64,000 nt of DNA. It comes from Escherichia coli. GTDB taxonomy: Bacteria > Pseudomonadota > Gammaproteobacteria > Enterobacterales > Enterobacteriaceae. The position numbers and the translations under genes are program-made. Under the pieces are notes generated by a model. It was not told where the DNA came from, searched no databases, and was given only the letters and a program-made list of their open reading frames with translations. The stretch lies in assembly GCF_050920415.1 (NCBI RefSeq), contig NZ_CP169309.1. One strand, written 5' to 3'. Below, one piece after another: positions 31,250 through 45,400 of this stretch. The first letter of the stretch is position 1; every line of letters begins with the position of its first letter.

Positions 31250-33408
31250 GCGGCAGACCCCTTATTCTTCTCCTGCAACACCACGCGTCGCGTCGTGGGT
31301 TCGCCCTGTTCACGCAAAATGGTCTCTTTCGCGCCGTCCATCACAATGCGCCCCTGATCCATCACAATTATCCTGTCCACCAGTTGCAGCATTGCCGTGC
31401 GGTGAGTAGCGATGACCAGCGTGCGATGCCCAATCCACTGTTTTAGTTGTTCAATTAAATACGCTTCCGCCATTTCATCCAGCGAGGCACTGGGTTCATC
31501 GAGCAGGACGATATTGGGTTGAGAGATGAGCAGCCGCGCCAGCAGCAGCGTTTGCCGCTGGCCGCCAGAAAGACCAAATCCCCCTTCCTGAATCATGTAG
31601 TTAAGGCCGTTTTTCTGCTTCTGCACAAACGGCAGCGCCCCGCTGAGGGTCAACGCGCGTTCGATATCTTCATCGCTGGCTTCTGGCATCCCCATGGTGA
31701 GATTTTCCCGCAGCGAACCGAAGAACAGTCGCCCAGTCTGGCTCAGCAGCCCCATGTCGCGGCGCAGATCCGCCGGATCAAGTTGCCCGATGCTGATGTT
31801 ATCCAGCAGCACCTGCCCCTGCTGGGCGATACGCATTCCGGCGAGCATTTGCAGTAGCGTTGATTTACCCGCGCCGTTGCGCCCGAGAATGGCGATTTTC
31901 TCTCCGGCCTGAATGTTGAGTTTGCCGATCGCCACATCGGCAATCTTCTCTTCTTCGTCGTAATAAAACACCGCGTTGCTGAACTGATAATTTCCGTGCA
32001 GCACTGCTTTATGCACCAGTTTGCCGTGTTCCGGCTGATCCACCGGGCGCTTCATCAGTTCATCAAGGCCATTACGCGCCACTTTCGCCTGCTGCCAGCG
32101 CGAAAGCACGCCGGATATCTGCGACAGCGGCGCAATGGTGCGCGAAGCCAGGATCGTCGTCCCGACCAGCGCGCCGGTGGTCATGTCGCCGCTCATCACC
32201 ATAAAGCAGCCCACCAACAGCACCACCACATAGACGATGGATTGCACTTCCTGCGTCCAGGTGAGCAGCAGCCCGGTGAGAAAACGTTGCTTCATACTGA
32301 TGGACGAGGCCACGTCGTTGGTGTGATTCCACTGATTCTGGAAACGCTGTTCAGCACGCAGCAGTTTAATGTCTTCAATCGACTGCACGGCCTCGACAAG
32401 CGTAGCGTTGCGCACTGCCGATTCGCGCATCCCTTCGTTCGCCAGCCGCGCCAGCGGGCGTTGCACCAGCAGGCCGGGGATCACCAGCAACGGCAGCGCC
32501 AGCAAAACAACCAGCACCAGCCAGCCGCCGATCATCCACAGAATAAAAACAAACAGCAGGAAGAACGGCAGATCCGCCACCGCGCCAATGGTGGTGGAGG
32601 TGATCAGCTCCCGCACCGATTCCAGTTCGCGGATCTGTGAGATAAACGATCCGGTGGATTTCGATCGCACGTTATTTTTCAGCCGTAATGCGTGACCAAA
32701 CACGCGATCCGAAATACGCAGATCCGCCCGTTTGCCGATCACATCGGAAAGGTGTGTGCGCACCATGCGCATACAGAACTCAAACAGGATCGCCATCATC
32801 ACCCCGGCGAACAGCACCCATAGCGTCGGGTAGGACTGCGCCGGAACAACGCGGTCGTAAACCTGCATCGAGAAAATCATCGCCGCCAGCGCCAGCACGT
32901 TCGCCACCAGCGAGGCCAGCATAATATCGCCATAGCGCCGCCAGTCTTTTAGCGAAAGATTCCAGAACCAGTTAGCCTGATACGGGCGAATGTAGTCATC
33001 CACCCGCGCATCGGGGATGGCGCTGAGCGGGCGCAGTAGCGCCAGTTCAACGATTTTGTCTTCTATATCCGTGACGTTTAGCGTAGTTTCCAGCCCTTCG
33101 TCACCGCTGAACTGAACGCTGATATTATCGTGATTGTCGCGGCGGGTGATCACGCCAATCTGTTGATTATCAAACACCGCGATCAACGGCAGACGCCAGG
33201 GGTTAAGCGAATCAGTGGAAAACTCCACCAGCCGTAGCCCCATCCCCAACTGCCGCGCCATGTCGGTGAGCAACTCTTCCCGCTTGCTGTCGCGCTCCCA
33301 GTTGACGGTCGCGCGCACGTTCTCCTGGGAAAAATCGAGGCGGTAATAACGCGCCACGGCGATCATCGCCTCCAGCCAGGCTTCCACGGACTGGGCATTT
33401 TTTTTCAT
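31246..33408 (-). CDS. type I secretion ABC transporter (N-terminal C39-like domain, permease, ATPase)
   Basis: 720-aa ORF with Walker A GRNGAGKST, signature LSGGQRQ and Walker B LLDEPSASLD; about 130-aa N-terminal extension typical of HlyB-type exporters. Confidence 0.88.
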   Translation of the reverse strand: MKKNAQSVEAWLEAMIAVARYYRLDFSQENVRATVNWERDSKREELLTDMARQLGMGLRLVEFSTDSLNPWRLPLIAVFDNQQIGVITRRDNHDNISVQFSGDEGLETTLNVTDIEDKIVELALLRPLSAIPDARVDDYIRPYQANWFWNLSLKDWRRYGDIMLASLVANVLALAAMIFSMQVYDRVVPAQSYPTLWVLFAGVMMAILFEFCMRMVRTHLSDVIGKRADLRISDRVFGHALRLKNNVRSKSTGSFISQIRELESVRELITSTTIGAVADLPFFLLFVFILWMIGGWLVLVVLLALPLLVIPGLLVQRPLARLANEGMRESAVRNATLVEAVQSIEDIKLLRAEQRFQNQWNHTNDVASSISMKQRFLTGLLLTWTQEVQSIVYVVVLLVGCFMVMSGDMTTGALVGTTILASRTIAPLSQISGVLSRWQQAKVARNGLDELMKRPVDQPEHGKLVHKAVLHGNYQFSNAVFYYDEEEKIADVAIGKLNIQAGEKIAILGRNGAGKSTLLQMLAGMRIAQQGQVLLDNISIGQLDPADLRRDMGLLSQTGRLFFGSLRENLTMGMPEASDEDIERALTLSGALPFVQKQKNGLNYMIQEGGFGLSGGQRQTLLLARLLISQPNIVLLDEPSASLDEMAEAYLIEQLKQWIGHRTLVIATHRTAMLQLVDRIIVMDQGRIVMDGAKETILREQGEPTTRRVVLQEKNKGSAA

Positions 33409-33411
33409 TCT

Positions 33412-36400
33412 CTACACCACCATCAACTGATGATTCGCCAGTAAGGTGGCGAGGTCGGTATGCACGCCCGTCAGCGTGACCACGTTAGTTGTCGCAAAGC
33501 CGCCGCCCGTGCCGTCACGGTCGATCTGCACGATGGTGTCGCTGCCGCTCTGGGTGACTTTGACAAAATCACCGATGTTCCCGACCTGGGCATCCAGCGT
33601 TGCCACACCGTTGACATAGCTAGCTTTGCCGTTTCCGGTGTAGCCGCTGCCCTGTAACAGTTCACGAATATCAATGCGATCGGTGTCGGCGGTGCCTTCC
33701 CAGGTGCCTACCGTAAAGCCATTCACCACGTCCGAACCGTTGCCCCCGGTGGCGTCACTGGCGTTAAGCAGTTTATAGAGCAAGGTATCGTGGCCGCCGT
33801 TGCCGATGTTGAGCGTGTCGTTACCGCCGCGCCCTTCCAGTTGGTTATCGCCGCTGCTGCCGGTCAGAGTGTCATTAAAATTCGAGCCGGAAATCCCTTC
33901 GATATTGGTAAATGTCGAGGTATTAAAACCGGTGGCCTGTGCAGTGGTGACGCTTAAGTTAGCGGTGACGCCCACCGTTGAGAGACGGAAATCGACCACG
34001 TCCATGCCGCCGTTCGCCAGCCAGGTTCCTGTGCCGGAGCTGTACACCCAGCCGCCGGAACCGTCGTAGGTGTCGGTGCCTGCGGTGGCGAAGAAGGTGT
34101 CGTTATAGCCAGTGCCGACAAACTTGCCGTTGTTGCTCGCCGTACCCGCTTCAGCACTGAGATCGTAAGCGTGAGTAGCATCGGTGGCCTGTAAGCCGCC
34201 CCATGTGGTGTTTACCGTCTGGTCGATATTGCTGGCGGTAGTACCGGTGGATTTGATCAGCACCGCGTTGTAGGTTTCTCCCGCGTTAAGTCCGTAGAAG
34301 TTGACCAGCGCCGAGGTGTCGTTAACGCCCATTCCCGACTGCGGGTTGATGATTTGTGTCGCCACCAGCACACCCGCCGAGTTGTACAGCTTCACGGTAT
34401 TGCCGTAATAGACGTTAATACCGTTAGGATCGGTGATACGCAGGTGCAGCGAGGTGCCGTAGCTCACCGTGTTGGTGTTGCGGATCAGGAACACGCTGCC
34501 CGACTGTTTGGTCACCAGCACATCCACCGCGCCGTCCCAGTCGTAGTCCATTGCCGCCACGCCGCTGGTAGTGCCGCTCTGGCTGCCACCGAGTGCCGAT
34601 TGTGTCCAGTTACTGGCGTTACTGACGTTGGTATAAAGATACGACTGCCCGGTCTGGGCGATACGGGCGATGTCCATTAACCCGTCATGATCCCAGTCGA
34701 CGGCCAGGCTGAATTGACTGGCGTAGGTGGTTGCCGTCGCGCCGACCGCCACCGGGCTACCCAGCACGCCGTTGGTGTTGAATAACAGCGAGCCGTAGTT
34801 AGCTCTTCCCTGGCTGGCGGGCAGGAAGAGATCCATATCGCCGTCACCATCGAAATCGGCCCATGTCATGGAAACGGATGCCGAGTTTCCCCCCGAGCCA
34901 GGACTACTGAGGAAAGTATTGACGGTGTTTTGTCCCCAGACGAAGGTGCCATTGCCCTGACTTATCAACGATGAGAGGGTGAAGTTGTTGTTCAGGTTGA
35001 AAGTGTGCTGAACCAGATCAATTCTGCCGTCATTATTGAGATCGACACCGGAACCTTCGTTGAGTGACAGATAACCGGTTACCGCCCCACCGACCGTAGC
35101 ACTCCCCCCGTTATTAGCGGTGGTGGAGTTGCCTGTCAGGGTGCCGGCGTTGTTCCACAGGAAGGTATTAGAGTCCGGTCCACCGGCGTCGCCAATCCAG
35201 AAATCAAGATAACCGTCGCCCTCTTTATCGAACGCCACAATCGAGCCATACCACGTCAGGGTGCCAACGTTCACCTGGATGGCGCTGGAAAACGTACCAT
35301 CGCCGTTATTAGTAAAGCCGTTGATATACCCCGTGCCGTAGTCATCACGGGTAATAAACAGATCGCCCGTACCGTTACGGTTGTAATCGGCGATGGAGCT
35401 GGTGGCATAGTTGTTGCCACTTTGCACCAGCGTCAGGGCGGTTTTCGACCAGGTGAGCGGATCGGTGGATTGCATAATTTGCTGGTTGGCCAGCACTGTC
35501 CACATCCCGTGTGTGTCGAGGCCGTAGGTCAGCCCCCATGCGGTGGATTTGCTGGTGGTGGTCCAGGTCGGTGTGTAATCTATCGCCGCGTTAACCGTCA
35601 CCGTGCCAGTGCTGACGTTAGCGGTGTTACCGTTACCCGCCGAGCTTTTTACCTGCGCGGTGACGTTATAGGCGGTCGCAGACGCCGCCAGCGCGTCGGT
35701 ATCCGGCAGTTGCACATACCAGGTGTTGTGCGCCGGATCGACCACCACCGCACCGCCCGGTTGCGAGGTGTAAGTTTTGCCGTTGATCACCACTTCAACA
35801 TACTGCCCACTGGCAAGTGCCGCCGTGATTACGCCGCTGATAATCGGCGTGGTATCGCGTGTGGTTTGATTGGTGATTTGCGCAAGCGTGGTCGGAATAG
35901 AGGTATCGACAGTCAGGATAAAATCGCTGGAGGAGGTGATATTCCCTGCCAGATCCACCACTCGTGCGCTGTAGGTATAGGCACCGCTGACCAGACCACT
36001 GTCGCTGTAAGTCCAGTTCAGCGCGCCGACCATCGTTACCGCACCTAACAGCAGACCGTTACGGTAGAGGTAAACGACTTCACCGCTGGCAAGCGGCGCA
36101 GAGAGCACGCCGTTTAACAGCGGCGTAGTGTCGTCGGTGGCCTGCGAACTGCTTAATGTCCCCTGCCGCTGCCCGACATCATCGGTATACGACACAATGG
36201 TCGGCGTGGCGGTGGGGTTAATCGTATCGACCACCACCGTTTTCGATACCACCGGGCCTGTATTTCCCGCCAGATCCAGCACCCGTACCTGATAAACGTA
36301 GCTGCCGTCGGTCAGCGTGCGGCTGTCAGTGTAAGTCCACTGCGTACCGTTGGTGGTGAGCGTGGTCCAGGTCGCGCCGCCATCGAGGCTAATCTGCGCC

Positions 36401-39400
36401 ACTTCGCCGCTGGCAAGCCCCGCCCCCAGCGAACCGGTCAGCGTGAGCGTGGTATCGCTGGTGATAAAGTCGGTGGCCGAACTCCCCGTATCGGTGCTGA
36501 TGCTGGCGATGGTGAGCACCTGCGCCGGGTTAACGGTGTCAATCTGCGCCGACTGGCTGCCGGTTGCGCCAACGTTGCCCGCTAAATCAACCACCCGCAC
36601 CTGCCAGGTGGTGGTGCCGTTGGTCAGCGTACGCCCGTCCACATATGTCCAGTTCAGACCGTCTGCGGCAACGGTCACGTTCACCCAGGTTGAGCCGTTG
36701 TCGGTACTGATTTGCGCGAACTCATTAGCGCCGAGCGCCGCGCCCAGCACGCCGCGCACGGTAAGCGTGGTGTCGCTGGTAATAAAATCGCTGCTGCTGG
36801 CTCCGGTGTCATCGCTGATACCGGTAATAGTGATGCTTTTCGCCGCTTCCGGGATGATGGTGTCGACCACCACATTTTGCGTCGCGGTCTGCCCGACGTT
36901 CCCCGCCAGATCCACCACCCGCACCGTGTAGTTCCAGGTGCCGTCGGTCAGTGTGCGACCATCGGCATAGCTCCAGCTGGTGCCGATAACGGTTAACGTA
37001 GCCCAGGTAACGCCACCATCAAGGCTGATTTGCGCCCGTTCATCTGCCGCCAGCGCCGCGCCGAGCGTCCCGCGCACGGTCAGCGTAGTGTCACGGGTCA
37101 CAAAATCGCTGCTGCTTAACCCGGTGTCATCGCTGATGCCCGCAATGACGATGGTTTTGCTCGCCAGCGGCGCGGTGGTATCCACGGTGACTATCTGGCT
37201 GGCGGTCGCGCCGATATTTCCGGCGGTGTCGATCACCCGTACCTGATAGTTGTAGTTACCGTCGGTCAGCGTGCGCCCGTCAAGATAAGTCCAGGTTAAT
37301 CCATTTACCGCCAGATTCTGCCAGGTGGTGCCGCCATCGATACTGATTTGCGCGAACTCACCAGCAGAGAGCGCCGCGCCGAGCGTACCACTCACCGCAA
37401 GCGTCGTGTCGCTGGTGACAAAATCATTAGTAATCAGACCTGTATCGGTGGTGATCGCGCTAATGGCGATGGTTTTCACCGCGGGATCTGGCGCAGTAGT
37501 GTCGATCACCACATTCTGGCTATCAGTCGCCCCGACGTTGCCCGCCGCATCAATAACCCGCACCTGATAGAGATAGTTACCATCGGTCAGCGTGCGGCTG
37601 TCGTTATAGCGCCAGGTCGTGCCAGTAACGGTAAGCGTGCTCCAGGTTATACCGCCGTCGATACTGATTTGCGCCGTCTCGTTACTGGCAAGCGCGGCGG
37701 TGAGTGAGCCGTTGACCACCACCGGGCTGACGCTGGTGATAAAGTCGCTGGCGCTAAGGCCAGTGTCGGCTTGCAGGGAATCAATATTAATGCCCATCGC
37801 CGGGGCGCTGAGATCGACGGTAATGGTGTGATTGCTGCTACCGATGTTGCCAATGGCATTGCTCACCGAAGCGTTAATCACATAGGCATTGCCGTCCGCC
37901 AGCGCGGTGACATCGGCGCTGCCGAGGGTGTAGCTCCAGCTACCGCCGGTCTGTACCGTGGTGGTGTAGGTTTTGCCATTTAAGGTCAGGGTTAGCGTCT
38001 GCCCGACCGGTGCGGTCGTGGTGCCGCTGATAACCAAAGACGCGCCGTGTTCCGCCGCGTTCACTACATCATCGCCCGCAAAGGTGTTGATGGTGACGGT
38101 GGGCACGTCGCCATTCAACGTCACGCCACGGCTGGCGCTACCGGGGTTTCCAGCCTGATCGCTGACCGTCGCGCTGATGGTGTAGCTGCCGTCGCTTAAT
38201 CCGGCAAACTGCTGCGCCGGAATAAATACCGACCAGCTTCCGCCACTGCCGACCGTTGCGGTCCAGGTCTGTCCGTTAAAGGTGACGGTGACAGTCTGAC
38301 CTACTTCGGCGGTGGTGGTGCCGCTGATAGTCTGCCCGGCAAGCTGTTCGGCGTTGTTGATAATATCGTCACCCGCAACGGTGGCGATGGTGACCGTCGG
38401 CGCAACGGTGTCAACAGTCAGGGCGTGCGTGGTTTGACCGGGGTTACCGGCGCGATCGTTCACGCTGGCGGTAATGGTCTGCGCGCCTTGCCCGAGTGCT
38501 GCCAGATCCGCCGCAGGCACGTTCAGCGCCCAGGTGCCATTGGCGGCAACCGTGGCGGTATAGGTTTTGCCGCCAAAGGTGACAGTGACCGTCTGCCCCA
38601 CTTCCGCGCTGGTCGAGCCGTTAAGGGTTAACGGCTGCTGCTGTTCGGCGGCGTTGAGTCGGTCATCCGTCGAAACGGTATTAATGTTGATAACCGGTGC
38701 GGTGAGATCCACCGCCACGCTGCGCGAGGCCGTGGCGCTGTTTCCTGCGCTGTCCTGGGCGGAGGCGCTAACCGTGTAGCTGGTGCCATCCGCAAGTGCC
38801 GCGACGTCTGCCGCCGACACATTCACGCTCCAGCTCCCGTTGTTCTGAATGGTGGCGCTGTAGCCCTTGCCATTAAGCAACACGGTCACCACCGTGCCTG
38901 TCGCGAAATTAGTGCCAGTGCCGCTCAGGGTCAGCGCACTGCCTGCTTCGGCGGCGTTAATAATATTATCGCCACTGATGGTGCTGACTGAGAGCGACAC
39001 CACCGCCGTATTGACCTGCACGTTGTGCGTCTGCGTGCTGCTGTTGCCTGCGCTGTCGGTGATGGTGGCGCTGATGGTCACCGTGCCGTCTGCAAGGCCG
39101 GAAACCACGCTGGCTGGCACGCCAACGCTCCAGTTGCCGCTGGCATCGGTGCTGGTGACATACTGCAGCCCGGCGATGGTCACCACCAGGCGGTCACCCG
39201 CCACCGCGCCCGTGGCGGTGCCGCTGATAATCTGCGCCTGAGAGTGTTCGACGTTGTTAATCACGTCATCGCCTGCCACGGTGTTGAAGCTGATGACGGG
39301 CGCGGTGGTATCGACGGTGACGCCTTTGCTGGCGCTGCCAGGGTTACCCGCCAGATCGCTGACCGTGGCGGTCAGGGTGTAGCCGTTATTAGCAAGTGCG

Positions 39401-42400
39401 GTTAAGTCACTGGCAGGCAGCGTTAAGCTCCAGCTGCCGTCTGCCTGCACCGTGGTCTGGTAGTTAGTGCCGTTTAGCGTGACGGTGAGCGTTTGCCCGG
39501 TTTCCGCGGTGCTGGTGCCGGACACCGTGACGCCCGCCGCCGCTTCGCTGGCGTTGATGATGTTATCGCTGGCAATGGTGTTGATGGTCACCGTTGGCGC
39601 AGCGCTATCGATGCTGTATTCATGCGTTGCCGTGGCGCTGTTGCCGTTGACGTTAGTCACCCGTACCTGGGCGCTGGCATCGCCGTCACGAAGAGCCGCC
39701 ATATCCGCTGCCGGAACGGTGGTGCTCCAGCTACCGTTTGCCGCCACCGTGGTGGTGTAGGTTTTGCCGCCAAAGGTAATAGTAACGGTTTGCCCCGCTT
39801 CGACGCCGGACGTGCTGCCGGAAAGCGTTAGCGCCGCGCCTTTTTCGGCGGCGTTAATCACATCATCAGGGGTAATAGCGTTAATGCTGATGGCGACGGT
39901 AGTGAGATCAACGCTCAGCGGATGGGTAATGCTGGTTTGCGTTCCGGCACTGTTCGCGCCGCTAACGGTAATATTCAGCGTTCCCGCAGGCCAGTTACTG
40001 ACATCCGCCGCCGGAATGCCGACGCTCCAGGTGCCGTTCGCCAACACCGTGGCGGCATAAGTTTGGTTATTTATCACCACGGTCAGCGCCGTGCCTGCCG
40101 TAAAGCCGGAGCTGCTCCCGGTAATCACCTGCGCCTGAGCGTGTTCGATGATATTGACCACATCATCTCCTGCGACGGTATCCACCCGCAGACCGGGCAG
40201 ACTGGCATCGATGGTGATATCGCGCGTGCTGCTGCCGGTGTTGCCAACGGCGTTGGTCACCGAGGCATTAACCGTTAATTCACCGTTACCCAGCGCCTGC
40301 CAGTCGGCGGCAGGCACGCTCACATTCCAGCTTAAATCTGGCTGGACGGTGGCGGTGTAAGTTTTACCGCCCAGCGTAACGGTGACGGTGCTGCCCGCCG
40401 CCGCACCGGTTACCTGGCCGCTGATGGTTTGCGCGCTGCCCGCCTCTGAAGCGTTGATAATATCGTCCGTCGCCACCGGATTGATGGTGACGCCCGGCAG
40501 CGCGGTATTGACCTGTACGTTATGGCTGGCGGTGCTGCTGTTGCCCTGAGCGTTGGTAACGCTCGCCGTGACGCTGTAGGTGGCTTCGCCAAGCGCACTG
40601 ACCGCCGAGGCGGGCACGGTGACGCTCCAGTTGCCGGAGGCGTCGGTAGTGGCGCTGTAGTTTTGTCCATTCAGCGTGACGGTGATCGCCGTACCCGCAG
40701 GCTGATCGCTGGTGCCGGAAAGCGCCAGATCAGATCCTTTTTCCGTCGCGTTGATCACGTCATCGCCCGCGATGGTGTTGATGCTAATCGCTGGCGCGGT
40801 GAGGTTAACAGTGACGGTTCGGCTGGCGTCGTCGCTGTTGCCCGCCCTATCGCTAACGCTGGCGGTGATGCTCTGTGCGCCGCTACCGAGCGCCGTAACA
40901 TCCGCCGTCGGTACGCCAACGCTCCAGTTACCGGAGGCATCCAGCGTCGTGGTATACGTTTTGCCATTGAGCACAACGCTCACCACATCGCCCGCTTCCC
41001 CGCCCGTGCTGGTACCGGAGATCACCAGCGCCTGGGCGTGTTCGGCGTCGTTGATGATGTCATCGCCCGCCACGGTGTTAATGGTGAGAACCGGCGCGGT
41101 GGTGTCTACCGCCAGATTATGGCTGGCGCTGCCGGGATTGCCCGCTTTGTCGTTGACCGTGGCGCTGACGGTGTAATTGCTTGCAGTCAGAGCGCCCAGG
41201 GCTGAAGTGGGAACGCTGACGCTCCAGCTACCGTCCGCCTGTACATTGCCGGTGTAGGTTGCGCCGTTAAGAGTGACGGTCACCGTCTGTCCGGTTTCGG
41301 CGGTGCTGGTGCCGCTGATGGTGAGCGGGCTTCCGGCTTCCGTGGCGTTAAGAATATCGTCGCTGGCGATGGTGTTAATGGTGAGCGTCGGTGCGCTGGC
41401 GTCAACGCTATACGCATGAGTTGCCGACGCGCTGTTGCCGCTCGCGCTGCTGACACTGGCCTGCACGTTCGCCGCGCCGTCTGGCAAGGTTGCCAGATCT
41501 GCCGCTGGAACGTTCACGCTCCAGCTACCGTTAGCGGCGACGCTTGCGGTGTAGTTTTTGCCGCCAAAAGTGACGGTAACGGTTTGCCCACTTTCAATTC
41601 CGCTGGTGCTGCCAGAAAGGGTCAGATTGGTGCCTTTTTCGGCGGCGTTAATCACGTCGTCGCTGGCAACGGTGTTGATGCTGATTGCCACCGCCGTTAA
41701 ATCGACGGTGAACGGATGGCTGACGCTGACCGGGTTTCCGGCGCTGCTCTGGCCTGCCACCTCAACGGTTAACGGCCCCGCAGGCCAGGCGCTGACGTTT
41801 GCCGCTGGAATGCCGACGCTCCAGCTCCCGTCTGCCTGTACCGTGGCAGAATAAGCCACACTGTTGATGGTAACCGTCAGCACAGTACCTGCATTCAGGC
41901 CACTACTGCCACCAGTGATCACCAGTGCCTGACCATGCTCGATGCTGTTGACGATATCATCGCCCGCCACGGTATCCACCCGCAGCCCCGGCAGGTTGGC
42001 ATCAATGGTGATATCCCGCGTGCCGCTGCCGGTGTTGCCATTCGCGTTGGTGACCGAGGCGTTAATGGTCAAATCGCCATTTCCCAACGCCTGGAGATCG
42101 GCTGCCGGAACGGTGACGCTCCAACTTAAGTTGCCCTGTACCGTAGCGGTGTAAGTGTTACCGCCCAGCGTCACGGTGACTGTATCGCCTGCGGCGGCGC
42201 GGGTCACCACCCCGCTGATGGTTTGATCGGCCCCGGCTTCGGCGGCGTTGATAATATCGTCGTCAGCCACGGTATTGATGGTGACGCCTGGCAGGCCGCT
42301 GTCGACCAGTAAATTCGCCTGGCTGCTGGCGGTGTTGCCTGCCGCACTGGTGGCGCTGGCGCTGACGGTATAGTTAGCCTGACCTAAGGCCGCCAGATCG

Positions 42401-45400
42401 CTCACCGGTACGGTTAAGGTCCAGTTGCCTGCTGCGTCGGTGGTAGCGCTGTAGTTATGACCGTTGAGCGTGACGGTAACCTGTGCGCCGGTCGCCAGCC
42501 CCGTACTGCTACCGCTGATGGTCAACGGCTGGCCTTTTTCATCGGCGTTCAGGACGTTATCGCTGCTGATGGCGTTAAAGGTAATGGTCGGCAGCCCGGT
42601 ATTGACCGTCACCTGATGGGTGGCGCTGCCGCTGTTTCCGGCGGCGTCAGTGACGCTGGCGTTAATGGTCACCGTGCCGTTTGCCAGTGCCGAAACAACG
42701 CTTGCCGGGACGCCGACGCTCCAGTTGCCGCTGGCATCCAGCACCGTGGTGAAGGTATTTGTGCCGATAGTCACCGTCACGGTGTTACCGGTTGCCGCAC
42801 CCGTGGCGGAGCCGCTGATAATCTGCGCCTGGGCGTGTTCCGTCGCGTTGATCACATCATCACCCGCGACAGTGTTGATGGTGACGACCGGAACGGAAGT
42901 ATCCACCGTCAGGTTGTGGTTAACCGAGGTCGGGTTTCCGGCCTTGTCGCTCACCGCCGCGCTGACGGTGTAGATGCTGGCGGTCAGAGCGCTTAAGTCG
43001 GCTGGCGGTACGCTGATACTCCAGCTGCCGTCCGTTTGTACCGTGCCAGTATAGTTTGCGCCATTGAGCGTGACGGTCACCGTCTGCCCGGCTTCCGCCG
43101 TGCTGCTGCCAGTGATGGTCAGCGCCGCACCCGCTTCGGCGGCGTTAAGAATATCGTCGCCCGCAATGGTGTTAATGGTCACCGTTGGCGCGGTGGCATC
43201 GACGCTGTAAGCGTGGGTAGTGGTGGCACTGTTGCCGTTAACGTTGCTGACGCTGGCCTGTGCGCTGGCATCGCCATCACGCAGGGCCGCCATATCTGCC
43301 GCCGGAACCGTGGTGCTCCAGGAACCATTCGCCGCGACGCTTGCCGTGTAGGTTTTGCCGCCAAAGGTCACGGTGACCGTTTGTCCGGCTTCGACGCCGG
43401 AAGTGCTGCCGGAGAGCGTTAACGCCGCGCCTTTCTCAGCGGCGTTAATCACATCATCGGCGGTAATGGCGTTGATGCTGACCGCCACCGCCGAGAGATC
43501 GACAGTCACCGGATGGGTGACGCTGACCGGGTTTCCGGCAGTAGTGCTGCCGCTCGCCGTAATCGTCACCGCCCCCGCAGGCCAGGCGCTGACATCCACC
43601 GCCGGAACGCCGACGCTCCAGGTGCCATCCGCCAGTACCGCCGCAACATAGGTTTGCCCACTGATGGTCAGCGTGACGTTGCTGCCCGCTGCCAGACCGG
43701 AGCTGCTGCCGGTAATCACCAGCGCCTGATCGTGCTCGATAATGTTGACCACATCATCGCCCGTCACGGTGTCAATCCGCAGACCGGGCAAATTCGCGTC
43801 TATGGTGATTTCACGCGTGCCGTTGCCGGTATTGCCTACGCTGTTTGTCACCGAGGCCGAAATGGTCAGTTCACCGTTGCCCAGCGCCTGTAACGCCGGG
43901 GCCGGAACATCGACGCTCCAGCTAAAATCCGCCTGCACCGTGGCGGTGTAAGTCGCCCCGCCGAGCGTGACGGTCACCGTGTCGCCAGCCGCAGCACCCG
44001 TGACCAGCCCGTTGATAGTTTGATCTGCCCCTGCTTCGGCAGCGTTAATAATATCGTCCGTTGCCACAACGTTAATGGTGACGCCCGGCAGCGCGGTATT
44101 AACCTGCACGTTATGGCTGGCGGAACCGCTGTTACCATCGGTGTCAGTGGCGGAAGCGGTCACCGTATAACTGGCTTCACCGAGGGCGCTCACCCGTGAC
44201 GCCGGAACAGTCACGCTCCAGTTCCCGGAAGCATCGGCAGTGGTGGTGTAATTTTGCCCGTTGAGCGTAACAGTTACCTGCGTGCCCGCAGGCTGGTTGC
44301 TGGTGCCGGAAATCGACAGATCCGCGCCTTTCTCCGTGGCGTTGATGATGTCATCGACGGCGATGGTGTTAATGGCGAGTATCGGTGCACCGAGCGCCAC
44401 GCTGACAGTGTGCGAGGCCGTGCCGCTGTTGCCTGCGGAGTCGGTAACCGTGGCGGTAATGGTCACATCGCCCTGGGCCAGCGCGGAAATCACGCTGGCA
44501 GGCACACCGATGCTCCAGTTGCCGTTGGCGTCCAGCACGGTGGTGTAGGTGGTCGAGCCAATCGTCACGGAAACCGTGTTACCCGTCGTCGCGCCCGTTG
44601 CCGAGCCGCTGATAATCTGCGCCTGAGCATGTTCCGTGGCGTTAATCACGTCATCGCCCGCTACCGTGTTAATGGTGACGACCGGAGCGGCAAGGTCTAC
44701 CGTCAGGTTATGCGTTGCCGAGGCCGGATTTCCGGCTTTGTCGCTTACCGAGGCGTTGACGGTATACGAGCTGGCAGTGAGGTTAGCTAAATCGCCAGTT
44801 GGTACGCTGACGCTCCAGCTCCCGTCTGCCTGCACGTTGCCGCTGTAATTGATGCCGTTTAGCGTCACGGTCACTGTCTGCCCGGCTTCTGCGGTGCTGG
44901 TGCCGCTGATAGTCAGCGCCGATCCCGCTTCGGCGGCATTAAGAATATCGTTGCTGGCAATGGTGTTGATGGTGACGGAGGGCGCGGTGGCATCGACGCT
45001 ATAAACATGCGTTGCCTGGGCGTTGTTACCCGCGACGTTGCTGACGCTGGCCTGGACGTTTGCTGCGCCATCCGGCAAGGTTGCGAGATCGGCGGCTGGG
45101 ATCGTCAGCCCCCAGGTATTATCCGCGGCAACCGTGGTGGTGTAGCTTTTGCCACCGAAAATAACGGTAATGGTCTGCCCCGCTTCCACGCCGGAGGTGG
45201 TGCCGGAAAGCTGCAAATCAGTGCCTTTTTCGGCGGCGTTTATTACATCGTCAGTGGAGAGTGTATTGATGGTAATCGCCACGGCAGCGAGATTGACCGT
45301 GACCGGATGAGTAATGCTGGTTGTGGTTCCTGCGGTATTGGTGCCAGAGACGGCAATATTAACCGTCCCCGCAGGCCAGTCAGCCACGTCCGCTGCCGGA

